A DNA stretch of 64,000 nucleotides from Sedimentisphaerales bacterium. GTDB taxonomy: Bacteria; Planctomycetota; Phycisphaerae; Sedimentisphaerales; Anaerobacaceae. Positions 10,793-22,100 of the stretch are shown in pieces. Made by a program: the position numbers and the translations under genes. The notes below the pieces were generated by a model, which saw only the letters and a list, made by a program, of their open reading frames with translations, made no database searches and had not been told where the DNA came from. Location: positions 1,856,001 through 1,920,000 of the forward strand of contig OY970194.1 in NCBI GenBank assembly GCA_963708075.1, in the 5' to 3' direction. Numbering within the stretch: the first letter of the stretch is position 1; the number at the start of each line of letters is the position of its first letter.

Positions 10793-12553
10793 ATGGCCAG
10801 TAACGAGCGGAATGCAAAAAGAGTGAAGGCGGCAACCATCAACAACGACAATGAGTCTCACTTTTCGGAAGAACTCATTGAAGACAGGACCTTCCTGTTG
10901 GCGTCGATCGTGGAGTCGTCCGATGATGCCATCATCACGAAAACTTCCAAGGGGATCATCACGTCCTGGAACAGCGGCGCGGAGAAGATCTACGGGTTCG
11001 CCGCCAGGGAGGCCATCGGCAAGCCGATCTCCATTCTGACCCCTCGGGGCTATACCGATGAGGTGCCGGGAATCCTGGAACGCATTCAACAGGGAGAGAG
11101 CATCCGCCACTACGAGACTGTGCGCCGGAGGAAAGACGGCCAGATCATCAATGTGTCCGTGAGTATTTCGCCGGTGAAGGACAAGGACGGGCGGATCATC
11201 GGCGCCTCCACGATCGCACGGGATATCACGGCCGACGTTGAAGATCGGAAGCAGTCGGCCGCCAAGCTCGGCGCCGCCTCGGAGAGGCTGTTTCTTTTGG
11301 CTTCGATCGTGGAATACTCGGACGACGCCATCATCACCAAGACCTCCAAAGGCGTCATCACATCCTGGAACAGCGGCGCGGAGAGGATTTACGGCTATTC
11401 CGCGAAAGAGGTGCTCGAACAGCCGATTTCCATCCTGATTCCTCCAGGCCAGAGCGACGAGGTGCCTGCTCTTCTGGAACGGATCGAACGGGGCGAGAGA
11501 ATCCGCCATTATGAGACCGTCCGAAGGCGCAAGGACGGTCGCCTCATTCACGTCTCACAGAGCATCTCGCCCATCAAGGATAAAGAGGGCCGGCTCATCG
11601 GCGCCTCCACGATCGCGCGGGATATCACGGCGGAAGTTGCAGCTCGAAAGGAGTCGGAAGAGAAGCTGGCGGCTGCCTCGCAATACGCCCGTAGCCTGAT
11701 CGAATCGTCACTCGACCCGCTGGTGACAATCAGCGCCGATGGGAAGATCACCGACGTCAATGAGGCTACGATCAAGGTCACCGGCGTCTCGCGTGAGCAA
11801 CTGATCGGCACGGACTTTTCCAACTATTTCACGGAGCCGGCCAAGGCCCGGGAGGGGTACCAGCAGGTCTTTGCCAAGGGCTTCGTCACCGACTATCCGC
11901 TGACGATTCGCCACCAGGACGGTCGGTTGACGGACGTGCTCTACAACGCCAGCGTTTACAAGGACACCAACGGCAACGTGCTGGGTGTCTTCGCCGCCGC
12001 ACGGGACGTGACGGTCCAGAAACAGGCTTCTCAGTACGCCCGGAGCCTGATCGAGTCCTCGCTTGACCCCCTGGTGACAATCAGCCCCGACGGCAAGATC
12101 ACCGACGTCAATGAGGCCACGATCCGGGTGACCGGCGTGCCCCGTGAGCAACTGATCGGCGCCGATTTTTCCAACTATTTCACGGAGCCGGAAAAGGCCC
12201 GCGAAGGCTACCAGCAGGTCTTTGCCAAGGGCTTCGTCACCGACTATCCGCTGACGATTCGCCACAAGGACGGCCGGCTCACGGACGTGCTGTACAACGC
12301 CAGCGTCTACAAGGACACTCTTGGCAACGTGCTCGGCGTCTTCGCCGCCGCCCGCGATGTGACGGCCAGAAAAAGGATCGAGGAGGAACTGGCCGAGCAG
12401 CGCCGAAGGGAATTGGACCGCCTGGCAGAGCTGGAGAAATTCCAGAAATTGACAGTAGGCCGGGAGCTCAAGATGGTGGAATTGAAAAAGGAGATCGAGG
12501 AACTCAGAAAGAGCAATGAGGACTTTCGAAAGAGGCTGGGCCAGGGCGCATGA
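10793..12553 (+). CDS. Soluble four-PAS sensor protein with C-terminal coiled coil and no catalytic output domain
   Basis: Two LASIVE.SDDAIITKT...GASTIARDIT PAS domains, two YARSLIESSLDPLVTIS...GVFAAARDVT PAS domains, then ELEKFQKLTVGRELKMVELKKEIEEL. Confidence 0.88.
   Translation: MASNERNAKRVKAATINNDNESHFSEELIEDRTFLLASIVESSDDAIITKTSKGIITSWNSGAEKIYGFAAREAIGKPISILTPRGYTDEVPGILERIQQGESIRHYETVRRRKDGQIINVSVSISPVKDKDGRIIGASTIARDITADVEDRKQSAAKLGAASERLFLLASIVEYSDDAIITKTSKGVITSWNSGAERIYGYSAKEVLEQPISILIPPGQSDEVPALLERIERGERIRHYETVRRRKDGRLIHVSQSISPIKDKEGRLIGASTIARDITAEVAARKESEEKLAAASQYARSLIESSLDPLVTISADGKITDVNEATIKVTGVSREQLIGTDFSNYFTEPAKAREGYQQVFAKGFVTDYPLTIRHQDGRLTDVLYNASVYKDTNGNVLGVFAAARDVTVQKQASQYARSLIESSLDPLVTISPDGKITDVNEATIRVTGVPREQLIGADFSNYFTEPEKAREGYQQVFAKGFVTDYPLTIRHKDGRLTDVLYNASVYKDTLGNVLGVFAAARDVTARKRIEEELAEQRRRELDRLAELEKFQKLTVGRELKMVELKKEIEELRKSNEDFRKRLGQGA
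10892..12365 (+). repeat. Two intragenic tandem duplications of PAS-coding DNA (periods 399 nt and 351 nt)
   Basis: Units start at about 10892/11291 and 11675/12026. The second pair is near-identical over long stretches (e.g. CAGCAGGTCTTTGCCAAGGGCTTCGTCACCGACTATCCGCTGACGATTCGCCAC twice). Confidence 0.9.
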
Positions 12554-13581
12554 TCATGGCGGACGAAACACAGACAATCACCGAATCGGCAAACTTGCGA
12601 GAACGTCTTGCAGCTCTGGAAGAGACGCAGCGAGCGACTCTGAATATCCTGGAAGATTTCGATGACGAGAAGGCGAAGCTCCAGCGGCTCCAGCAGGCCA
12701 CGATGAATCTCCTGGAGGATTTCGATGACGAGCGCCGGAATCTCCAGCGGGTGCAGAAGGCGACCCTGAATCTTCTCGAGGACATGAACGAGGAGCGGGC
12801 CAAATTGAGCGAGACGCAACGTGCCCTGATGAATATCCTGGAAGACGTGGAGGTGGAGCGGGCCCGGGCCGAGCAAGCCAGGGCGCTCCTGGAGGCCGTC
12901 AACCGGGAACTGGAGGCGTTCTCCTACTCGGTTTCGCACGACCTGCGGGCGCCGTTGCGTGCGATCAGTGGGTTCGCCCAGGCGGTGGTGGAGGACTACG
13001 CGCCGCGACTCGATGACGAAGGCAAGCGGTTTCTCGGGCTCATCCAGGACAATGCCCACAGGATGGGCCAGCTCATCGACGACCTGCTGACCTTCTCGCG
13101 GCTTGGCCGCCAACAGCTCGTGCAGACGCAGATCGACATGGAGATCCTGACGACCTCCGCGTTCGAGGAGCTGGCTGCCCAAGCCCCGGACCGCAAGATC
13201 AAGCTCGTGATTTGCCCCGCCCCGCCCGCTCTTGGGGACAAAGCGATGATCCGCCAGGTACTGATGAATCTGCTGTCCAACGCGATCAAGTTCACCAGGC
13301 TCCGACAAGAAGCGGTCATCGAGTTCGGCTATCTGCCGGAGCAAGATCAGGGTGCTTACTACGTGAAGGATAACGGGGTCGGGTTCGACATGCAGTATGT
13401 CGCCAAGCTCTTCGGCGTCTTTCAGAGGCTGCACTCCGTGACGGAATTCGAAGGCACGGGCGTGGGCCTGGCGATCGTCTTTCGGATCGTCACACGCCAT
13501 GGGGGACGGGTATGGGCGGAGGGGGAAGTGGACAAGGGGGCGACCTTTTATTTTACCCTCCCGAAAGGAGACGTATCATGA
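12550..13581 (+). CDS. Cytoplasmic histidine kinase (Cph1-like HisKA + HATPase) with N-terminal 21-aa repeats
   Basis: ELEAFSYSVSHDLRAPLRAI H-box, NLLSNAIKF, DNGVGFD, FQRLH, GTGVGLAIV; ATGA overlap with the PAS gene. Confidence 0.92.
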   Translation: MIMADETQTITESANLRERLAALEETQRATLNILEDFDDEKAKLQRLQQATMNLLEDFDDERRNLQRVQKATLNLLEDMNEERAKLSETQRALMNILEDVEVERARAEQARALLEAVNRELEAFSYSVSHDLRAPLRAISGFAQAVVEDYAPRLDDEGKRFLGLIQDNAHRMGQLIDDLLTFSRLGRQQLVQTQIDMEILTTSAFEELAAQAPDRKIKLVICPAPPALGDKAMIRQVLMNLLSNAIKFTRLRQEAVIEFGYLPEQDQGAYYVKDNGVGFDMQYVAKLFGVFQRLHSVTEFEGTGVGLAIVFRIVTRHGGRVWAEGEVDKGATFYFTLPKGDVS

Positions 13582-14033
13582 ACGATGAGAAAGTGGATAT
13601 CGTCATTGTGGAGGACGATCCGAGCGATGCGGAACTCATCGCACGGGTCTTCCGCAAGCACAATATGATCAACAATATCGTCGTCTTGAAGGACGGCGCG
13701 GAGGCATTGGATTTCTTCTTCGGGAGAAAGGCCAACGATCACTGCAAGGTCGTCTTACTGGATTTGAAACTCCCCAAGGTCAACGGCATCGAAGTCCTGC
13801 AGCGGCTCAAATCGGACGAGCGAACGAAGGACATCCCGGTGGTGGTCCTGACCTCTTCTGCCGAAAACCAGGATATCAAAGACGCCTACAAATACGGCGT
13901 CAACAGCTATGTGACCAAGCCCATTCGATTCGAGGAGTTTGCCAACGCCGTGACGGAACTGAGGCTCTACTGGTTGCTGCTGAACAAACCTTGCGAAGGA
14001 CAAGTCCCCGCCAACGCGAAGGAGGGCCTTTGA
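13578..14033 (+). CDS. Single-domain response regulator (Rcp1-like)
   Basis: IVEDDPSD, LLDLKLPKVNG, LTSS, NSYVTKP; AAGGAG 7 nt before ATG 13578. Confidence 0.9.
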   Translation: MNDEKVDIVIVEDDPSDAELIARVFRKHNMINNIVVLKDGAEALDFFFGRKANDHCKVVLLDLKLPKVNGIEVLQRLKSDERTKDIPVVVLTSSAENQDIKDAYKYGVNSYVTKPIRFEEFANAVTELRLYWLLLNKPCEGQVPANAKEGL

Positions 14034-14035
14034 CG

Positions 14036-14509
14036 ATGGCGGACAGGCACATCCATAACGAAGAACTAGCGATGAGCAAGGTCGAGATTGTCATCGTGGA
14101 AGACAATCCGAACGACGCGGAACTGATTCTGCGCGTCTTTCGCAAGCACAACATGGCCAATCAGGTCATCCTTTTGAAAGACGGCGCCGAGGCTCTGGAT
14201 TTCTTCTTTCCGCCGGAAGGCCCTGCGCCCGGTGTCGCCAACGGTGTCCTCAGGGTCATCCTGTTGGATTTGAAGCTGCCCAAAGTCGACGGAATCGAAA
14301 TCCTGCGCCGGCTCAAGGCGAATGAGCGGACCCGGAGTATTCCCGTGGTCGTCTTGACCTCCTCCACGGAGCAGCGGGACCTCAAGGACGCGTACGACCT
14401 GGGCGTCAACAGCTATGTGGCCAAACCCATCAAGTTCGACGAATTTGCCAAAGCCGTAGCGGACCTGGGGTTGTACTGGCTGATGCTGAATAAGCTGCCG
14501 GCTCGGTAG
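14036..14509 (+). CDS. Second single-domain response regulator (Rcp1-like paralog; start 14036 or 14072)
   Basis: IVEDNPND, LLDLKLPKVDG, LTSS, NSYVAKP; closely similar to the preceding gene. Confidence 0.9.
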   Translation: MADRHIHNEELAMSKVEIVIVEDNPNDAELILRVFRKHNMANQVILLKDGAEALDFFFPPEGPAPGVANGVLRVILLDLKLPKVDGIEILRRLKANERTRSIPVVVLTSSTEQRDLKDAYDLGVNSYVAKPIKFDEFAKAVADLGLYWLMLNKLPAR

Positions 14510-14538
14510 GGTTATCGCTGCAACCTGTGAGTGTTCTC

Positions 14539-16577
14539 ATGGATAAATCAATGCATATCTTGATCCTGGAAGACAATGCGGCAGACGCGGAGTTGATGAA
14601 GCGTGAGCTGCGCAAGGCCGGTCTTGATTTCACGGCTCAGTGGGCCCAGGACAAAGGAGCTTTCCTTGCGGCCCTGGAGACCTCAACTCCGGATCTCATC
14701 CTGGCGGACTATTCCTTGCCGGGATTCGACGGGTTGACCGCTCTGACGTTTGCGAGGCAACGATGGGAACATGTTCCGGTGATCATCGTTTCCGGGGCGA
14801 TCGGCGAGGAGGTGGCCATTGAGAACCCTCAAGGCCGGAGCGACCGACTACGTCCTGAAACAGCGGCTGAGCCGGCTCGGCCCCGTGGTCCGCCGGGCCC
14901 TGCAGGAGGCCAACCAGGTAATAGAGCGAAAACAGGCCGAGGCGGCCCTGCGCGACCGGGAAAAAGAACTGCGTCTGATTATGAACGCGGGGCCGACCCT
15001 GATCGCTTACATCGATGCCGACTGCCGGTATCGCTGGGTCAACGAGAACCTACGAGTTGTGGTTCGGTCTTGCGGCCGAGGAGGTCCGGGGTCGGCACGT
15101 GCGCGACATCCTGGGCGAGCCGGCTTGGCAGGTCGTCAGGCCGTACGTGGAAAGAGCGTTGGCAGGAGAGTTGGTCACTTATGAGCAGCAGGTGCCTCTT
15201 CAGAAGGCCTGCACGCGCTGGCTGCATGCAACGTACACACCCGACGCCGACGACTCGGGGCGCATCCAGGGATTCGTCGTGCACAGCGTCGATGTTACCG
15301 AGCGCAGACAAGCCGAGGATGCGCTACGCGAGACGCACCAGCGATTGCAGTTGCAGGCCGAGGAATTGGCGGCCGCCAATGAAGGGCTGCGGGTAAGTCA
15401 ACAGACCCTCCAGGAACTGACAAGGACGCTGGAGACGAAGGTGACCCAGCGGACGGCGGAGCTGGAGTATCGTGCCAGGCAGTTGCAGAAGCTGGCGCTG
15501 GAGCTATCCGAGGCGGAAGACCGCGAGCGCAGGCGTCTGGCGGAGATTCTGCACGACGACCTGCAACAAATCCTGGCGGCGGCGAAGTTCCATTTGAACT
15601 CAGTGAGGAACCGGGTCAAGTACGATCCATCGCTGCAGGCCACAGCCGCCCAGATCGACCACATGCTCAAGGACGCCATCGACAAATCGCGTGGCCTGTC
15701 CCACGAGCTGAGCCCGGCCGTGCTGCATCACGGCGATTTCAGTGAGACCCTCGAATGGCTGGCCGGCCAGATCCGAGCCAAGCATGGCTTGCTTGTCCAC
15801 GTCGATGCGGCCGACAAGATCGACCTGCAATCCGATGCGCTCAAGACCTTTCTGTACAAGGCGGCCCAGGAACTGCTGTTCAACGTGGTCAAGCATGCCC
15901 GGGCCAGCGAGGCCAGAATCCGTGTACGCCGGTGGGGTCGATGCATTTGCCTGGTGATCTCCGATCGTGGCCGCGGCTTTGACCCGCAAAAGCTTGGGGA
16001 AACCGCCGGGTTCGGACTGTTCAGCATCCGCGAGCGCGTCGAATTGCTTGGCGGCCGGATGAAGATCAAGAGTGCCGAAGGCAAAGGAAGCACATTCCAC
16101 ATCGTCGTGCCCAATGGCGATCTCTCCAAGAAGAATATCACAGGAAAGCAGGAGCCGGATGGTCATGTGAAGGAATCCTGGCACACGCAACGGAAGGGCC
16201 AGCGCCGCTTGCGGGTGCTACTAGCGGACGATCACGAGATCGTGCGGGAGGGCCTGGTTTGCCTGTTAGGCGAAGAGCACACCATCGAGGTTGTTGGCAA
16301 GGCGGCCAACGGCCGCGAGGCGGTGGACCTGGCTGGCCGGCTGCAACCGGACGTGGTGATCATGGACGTGGCCATGCCCCTGATCGACGGTGCCGAGGCC
16401 ACACGGCAAATCAAACAGCATCTGCCGAACACACGGATCATCGCGCTTTCCATGCTGGAGGACCCTGACACGGTCGAGAGAATGTACGCGGCCGGCGCGG
16501 AAGCCTATGTACTCAAGACGGTGCCCTCCGAAGAGCTTCTCGCCGCTATCCAAGGCCGCCAGACCATGGCAACCTGA
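14539..16577 (+). CDS. Hybrid REC-PAS-HisKA_3(NarX-type)-HATPase-REC protein, split by two +1 frameshifts (about 14825 and 15048)
   Basis: Three consecutive frames join into ...EEVAIE/TLKAGATDYVLK...YRWVN/TYELWFG...; ERRRLAEILHDDLQQ H-box, QELLFNVVKHA, DRGRGFD, and a C-terminal receiver (LADDHEIVREG, MDVAMP). Confidence 0.85.
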
Positions 16578-16597
16578 CACGAAGGCCTTCGACGGTC

Positions 16598-17605
16598 TCA
16601 ATCACTTGTCGTGCCGGCGGCCTCTTCCTGCTCTCTGGCTTTGGCCTTTTTCTCGGCGAAAATGGAAAGAACGATGCCAAGCTCGTAGAGAGCATACAGA
16701 GGCACGAGCAGCGCGAGCATAGTGAACGGATCCGGCGACGGCGTGGCCACAGCAGACAGGAACGCCAGGCCGAGGACCACGTATTTGCGGTGGCGGCGAA
16801 GCGTGGCGATGGAAACCAGACCCGTGCGGACCAGGACGAAAACAGCGATCGGGGTCTGGAATGCGAGGCCGAAGACCAGCATCATAAGCGTGATGAAGGA
16901 CACGTACTTCTGCAGAGTCCAGTTGCTCGCGACGCCGACCATGTCGCCAAAGCCCATGAAGAAGCCCAGCGTTACGCGGGCGATGTAGAAGAGAAAGAAC
17001 AACGCGCCTGCGACGAACAGAGCGGTAGAGAAGGGAATGGCCGTGCGGACGTACTTTCGCTCGCTCTCGTACAGGCCGGCGGCCACAAACATCCAGATCT
17101 GGTAGAACACCCAGGGGGACGTGAGGATCAGGCCTGCGATCAGGGAAACCTTCATATACGCGATGAAGGCGTCCGCGGGTCCCAGGGCGACCAGCCAATA
17201 CTGCCGGGGCAGCGCACGTTTCCCTGTCCCCTGCGTCTTCTCCACCCAGTCGCTTGCCGTCTTCTTCGACACACCCTCGATAAAGGCGACCCGCTTAGGA
17301 TCTATTTCAGGCGCATTGGGGTCTGCGGCCAGGCGCTGCGTGAGGTTCGCGAAGAACAGATCGACGAATGCCTCCACCTCGGACTTCACTCGCGGTCTCT
17401 CCTTCTCCGCAAGCCACTTGTTCATCGTCCAGTAATAAGGATACTCGATGAACTTGAGGATCTGCGTGCCGAAGACCAGACTGGCAACAGTTCCGAGGAG
17501 CAGGCCGAGAACGGCCAGGATCAAGCGGCCGCGGAGTTCATCCAGATGGTCGCCCAGACTCATCGTACAATCGATGGGGTTACGGCTCTTTCTGTTCTCA
17601 GCCAT
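16598..17605 (-). CDS. tatC: Twin-arginine translocase subunit TatC
   Basis: MSLGDHLDELRGRL, YQIWMFVAAGLYESE, FGLAFQTP, TPSPDPFTM, LYELGI. Confidence 0.95.
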   Translation of the reverse strand: MAENRKSRNPIDCTMSLGDHLDELRGRLILAVLGLLLGTVASLVFGTQILKFIEYPYYWTMNKWLAEKERPRVKSEVEAFVDLFFANLTQRLAADPNAPEIDPKRVAFIEGVSKKTASDWVEKTQGTGKRALPRQYWLVALGPADAFIAYMKVSLIAGLILTSPWVFYQIWMFVAAGLYESERKYVRTAIPFSTALFVAGALFFLFYIARVTLGFFMGFGDMVGVASNWTLQKYVSFITLMMLVFGLAFQTPIAVFVLVRTGLVSIATLRRHRKYVVLGLAFLSAVATPSPDPFTMLALLVPLYALYELGIVLSIFAEKKAKAREQEEAAGTTSD

Positions 17606-17645
17606 TGTGGTGGACGAAATGAAATGAGGTTGGCCGGTGAAACGG

Positions 17646-17912
17646 TCAGTTCGTGTCGTTCACGCCGGAAGCCCGCTTGGCATCGTTCACGACGTCGGTC
17701 TTGATCTGCTTGACGTCGTCCACCACCTCATCGGTGGATTCCTTCGCCTCGTTGATGCCCTTCTTGAATTCCGTCAGGCTCCTGCCCACGCTGCGCGCGA
17801 GCTCCGGCAGCCGCTTGCCGAAGATCAACAGTGCGATCACGAGAATGACCAGCCATTCCGTATGTCCGGGCATGCTCAGAAACGCCAGTGCGTGCTGTGT
17901 CGATCCAACCAT
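17646..17912 (-). CDS. tatA: Twin-arginine translocase TatA/E
   Basis: [40 protein letters not shown] upstream. Confidence 0.93.
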   Translation of the reverse strand: MVGSTQHALAFLSMPGHTEWLVILVIALLIFGKRLPELARSVGRSLTEFKKGINEAKESTDEVVDDVKQIKTDVVNDAKRASGVNDTN

Positions 17913-18616
17913 TGTGTTCTCCTTTGAGGCCGTCGCGTCTGAAACGCTAGTGTACTCAATCCTTGGGTTCTACCGGGATTCTTAACTGTGTCCCCCGCTG
18001 CGTAGCGCCTACACGACGCCCTGACAACGCCAAACGAACACGGCTTCAGTGTAGTCATCCCCGGGCCGTGCGTCAAATGAAAATACTACGACTGCCGATT
18101 CGCGCGGGTGCGGAATGGCCCGTTTGCGCCCGGTAAAAGGGCCTCCGATCACCCTGAGAAGCCACCAGCCGTGGTGATTTTGGCATGTTCTTCCACACAC
18201 GCCATGTTCCGTAACTTAAGGTGCTACAATGACTTATGCCTGCCACACAGGATTTTTCTTGCATCGCCGGCCGCTTTTTGCGATAATACACGCGTCGTTA
18301 GAAGTAATAGAATCACTGGGGGGTAGAAACGAATATGGCAAGATTCTACTATAGTACGTGGGTGCCGTTCATATCGCCCAAGAGGAGAATCCTGATCCTG
18401 GCGATCGCCAGCTATCTGGCGCTGTGCTAAGCCTGCGGATGATCCAGCCCCTCACCCGAAATAGCTGCACGGCGCGACCCGCTCCATGCCTGAAGCATGC
18501 GTTTGCAGGCACATTCTTTCCTGCCCTGCGCACGCCCACGGCCGCACGAGGGTTCCCTCCAATCGTTGCTTTGGTATAATCCCCTTCTTTCCAGGATCGA
18601 CCTGTAAGAGGTTCTC

Positions 18617-19162
18617 GTGCCGATTACTCCGTACCATTTCGGCCCCAGCGGCTTCATCGGCCTTCTCCTGAGGAGATGGCTCGATTTGCCCGTCTTCGTG
18701 CTCGCCAACGTGGTAGTCGACATTGAAGTCGCCGCCATCGTCTTATTCCGACTTGGCTATCCGGCCCACCGTTACGCCCATACACTGCTCGGCGGCGCTG
18801 TCGTCGGCATCCTCTGGGGCGTGCTCGCATGGTCGTTGCGGCCCCTGCTCGGCAGACTGATGCGCACGGTCCACCTGCCCTATCAGACCAGTCTTCCCAA
18901 AATGATCCTCTCCGGTGTCCTCGGCGTCTGGCTGCACGTTATCATCGACGCGACGTACCATCCTAACGTCAGACTCGCCTGGCCGATGGATGCCCCGGGC
19001 CTCTGGACGGTCACTTCGCGCTACCTGCCGAGAGATCGTGTCGAGGACATCTGCGTCCTTTTCTTCGTCGCCGGCGTCGTCCTCTACATGGTCCTAATGG
19101 CTATCCAGCGCCGCCGCAACGGGAGCGTGCAAACACAGACGGACCGGACCAAGCAGGCCTGA
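18617..19162 (+). CDS. Membrane protein, putative metal-dependent hydrolase (YdjM/DUF4184-like)
   Basis: PITPYHFGP, NVVVDIE, HRYAHTLLG, WLHVIIDATYH conserved H/D pattern within TM helices; TGGTATAAT at 18572-18580. Confidence 0.7.
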   Translation: MPITPYHFGPSGFIGLLLRRWLDLPVFVLANVVVDIEVAAIVLFRLGYPAHRYAHTLLGGAVVGILWGVLAWSLRPLLGRLMRTVHLPYQTSLPKMILSGVLGVWLHVIIDATYHPNVRLAWPMDAPGLWTVTSRYLPRDRVEDICVLFFVAGVVLYMVLMAIQRRRNGSVQTQTDRTKQA

Positions 19163-22100
19163 GGGCAGCAGCGGGCTGTCCTTTGTGAAGGGACTCCACG
19201 TACTCCACGCGATGCGTTCTCCCGGCGGCAAAGTCTGATCTCCGATAAGGCGGTTCGGCCACAGGTTGGCGACAGTGATCTCCAGCGTGTTTTCGCCGGG
19301 CTTTGCCGCGTCGGTGACTTCCACCTGGAACGGCTGCCTCCAGAGGATGCCCAGATCCTGACCGTTGAGCTTCACCCGGGCACAGACAGCCACTTGGCCG
19401 AGATCGAGCGTCAGCTTCGAATTCTTCGGATCGAGTGCTGGGTCAAGTGAAAACGTCGTGCGATAGGTAGCCTGGCCGCTGAAATACTTCACACGCGGAT
19501 CCGCGTGCTCCGACCAGTCGGTGAGCTGCTCCATGACGATCTTCTCCGGAGCGCCCGACCGGGCTGGAACCGGATCTCCCAGGGCCCCTTTATCTCGGTC
19601 TCCACCGGCGCACTCACCACACCCTGCCCCGACTTCGCAGGCGCGGCGGTCTTCCCGCCGAACACCACGAACACCGAACCGGCCGGTTCCAATGACATGT
19701 GCATCACCGTGCGTCCGTTCTTCTCCCGGAATTTGCCTGCAGCGTGCATCGTGCCGGTCACGGGGTCCCAAATCTCGGGTCGTTTTCCCGCCACGCGGAA
19801 CGTGCACTGTGCCTCCACCGGCTTATCCGCCGGATTGGCCACGAAGTAGATGTCCGTTTTGCCCTCTCGGCGGTGTATGTACCGCAGGGTCGCATCCGAT
19901 TCAAAGTCCGGCGGGACGCCCAGTCGGGCGAGCACTTCGGCAACTGATTCATACGAGCCGTACAACTCCGGAAGCGGCTGCGAGTCGGCCTTGTCGATCA
20001 TGCCCCACGGACGCATGCCCAACTCACCGAGTTCCATCGCCCGCTTACCGGCCTCGACACATTCCCATGTACGGTCGGTCACGATCTTGATCTCGCGGCC
20101 GTCACCAAGGCGGACAAACAGGGCGCCGATCAAGCCGGCCGGGTTAGGCGTGTCGCCACCGTTCCGAGCCAGCACACTCACCCGGTTCGTGCCCGGCTTC
20201 AGCAGCGGTTTCAGGTCAAACGCATATGTCTGCTTGAAGTTGTCTCCCTCGCCAACAGGCTTGTCATTCACTTGTACCTCGAAGGCGTTATCCGCCGTCA
20301 TCACCAGCCAGGCGGATTCCACCGCAGTCCCCTCGTCCAGGTCAAACACGCGATGGAATAGCCGTGTGCCAACCGCGGCACTGGCGGATGGAGCGCCCTC
20401 CGGGTACCAGATCCAGCGAGCCTCGGCAGGAAGCGACGGCCGCTCGGACAGCTTGACAGCGCTCGATGTGGGCTGCTTCACCATCACCACTCGACCCCTG
20501 CCAACCTTGTGTTCTGCCGTATGTTTTCCGTCAGGAGAATCGGGACCCCACAACTCCGCCGCCAGACGCTGCACCTGCTGGTCGCATCTCGGGTAGTCGC
20601 TCAAGCCGGGAGATTTGAGCGGGCGCGGACCGATCACCGTGGCGCCGGCCTTGACCAGGTCCCGAATCTTGCGCAACAATGCAGGGGTCATGGTCTCCAT
20701 GTCCGGCAGAACCAGCACGCGATAGATCGCCCCACTGGGCAGTACTAGTTGCCCCCGCTTGACGGTTGCTCCTGCCAACAACGTCTCAGGCGCGCAGCCA
20801 TCGAAGTTGTAGCCCTTACGGTCGGGGACTGGCCCGGTTCCCGCCAGCGCGGAGGCAGGCGGCCGAAACACGTAGGGAGCGCCTTGCGGTGCGAGGTAAC
20901 AGATGTCCGCCACGGGCCGGCCCCGCCGCAGCATGGCTTGGCAACGGGCAAGGTACGTGTGCCATGCCCCCACCATGGGCCACCAGGTCTGTGTGCGCTC
21001 GTAGTGGACGCCGTAAGGCCCCATCGTCATGCCGGGCCAGCGGTCCAGCCACGGCTGGTGGGCGTAGCGATGGAACACCAGCCGATTGATGCCCATGCAG
21101 AAGGCCCAATCCGCCTGCGGCTTCATCGCCCCCGGGTGCAGTCGCCAGGCCTCCTTGTCGTCGGACGTGAACGACTCTGCCGCCACCACCGGCCGGCCGA
21201 GGGTGTGCGCGATCGAAACCGCCTCGATGCAACTGAACGCGGTATTGAAGCCGTAGCCCTGTGCCCAGAACTCACACATGGGGACATCCGCGACGCCCCC
21301 GAGGCTCAAATCGGAACATGGGTTCATGTCGTAGGGCTCGATAGACAAGCCAAAGCCGTGGCGACGCCCTAAGGCCTTGAGATGCTGAGCATGATTCTCG
21401 ACGACCAACTCCTGGGCCGTCTGGCGGATGTCCCACAGGAATCGTTCGGAGATTTCGAGGCTTTCCACAATCCGGCCGGTCATCGCAGGGAGATACGGGA
21501 GCGGATCGTACCCACGGCGACGCTGAAACTCTTCGCGGAACTTCGCAGTCCAGTTCTGAGCGCCCATCTCCCAACTGTCGATATGCAGCATTGTCCAGCC
21601 CGCCGTGCGATTGCTCGGACGCGGGCCGATTTCGCGCAGCAGCGTGCCGATGAACACATCGAAATGCGCGTCGAGTGCGGCCGGATCGAATTTGTCCGAC
21701 TCAAAGCCCAGTGCCGGCTGAGGCGCCGGTCGCGTGTTGGCTCCCGTGCTTACGCGACCAAAACGCAGAATCGTCCAGCGGCCCTCGGGCACATCCCACG
21801 TGAGCCTGCCGTCGGGCTGCAGACGATCCGTCAAGACCACAATGCGATCACGGGCAATCGCCGCCCCGGCAGGCAGCGCAGGGTATTGTGCCGGAGCGGG
21901 CAAGTACGGTTTCACGCCGGGCTGCGACGAATAGGGCGCTCGCACATACAACGCTTTGTCGTCCAGATCGGTGATACGGTGCTCGCCCTCGGGGGATGGG
22001 AACGCGAGAACGGCGACATCGCGGTAGAAGCTCGCCCAAGACGCTTCCATTTCCTTTGGCACAGGGCCGAAGAATGGCGGCCGCGGTTGCGGCTGCGGAA

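Noticed and set aside
14539..16577. Calling the frameshifted genes true pseudogenes
   Set aside because: They are otherwise intact with no in-frame stops after correction, and the breaks share sequence motifs, which favours systematic sequencing error.
17913..18616. ncRNA or small gene in the 700-bp tatA upstream gap
   Set aside because: No recognisable RNA motif or credible ORF; only a TGGTATAAT promoter element was seen.
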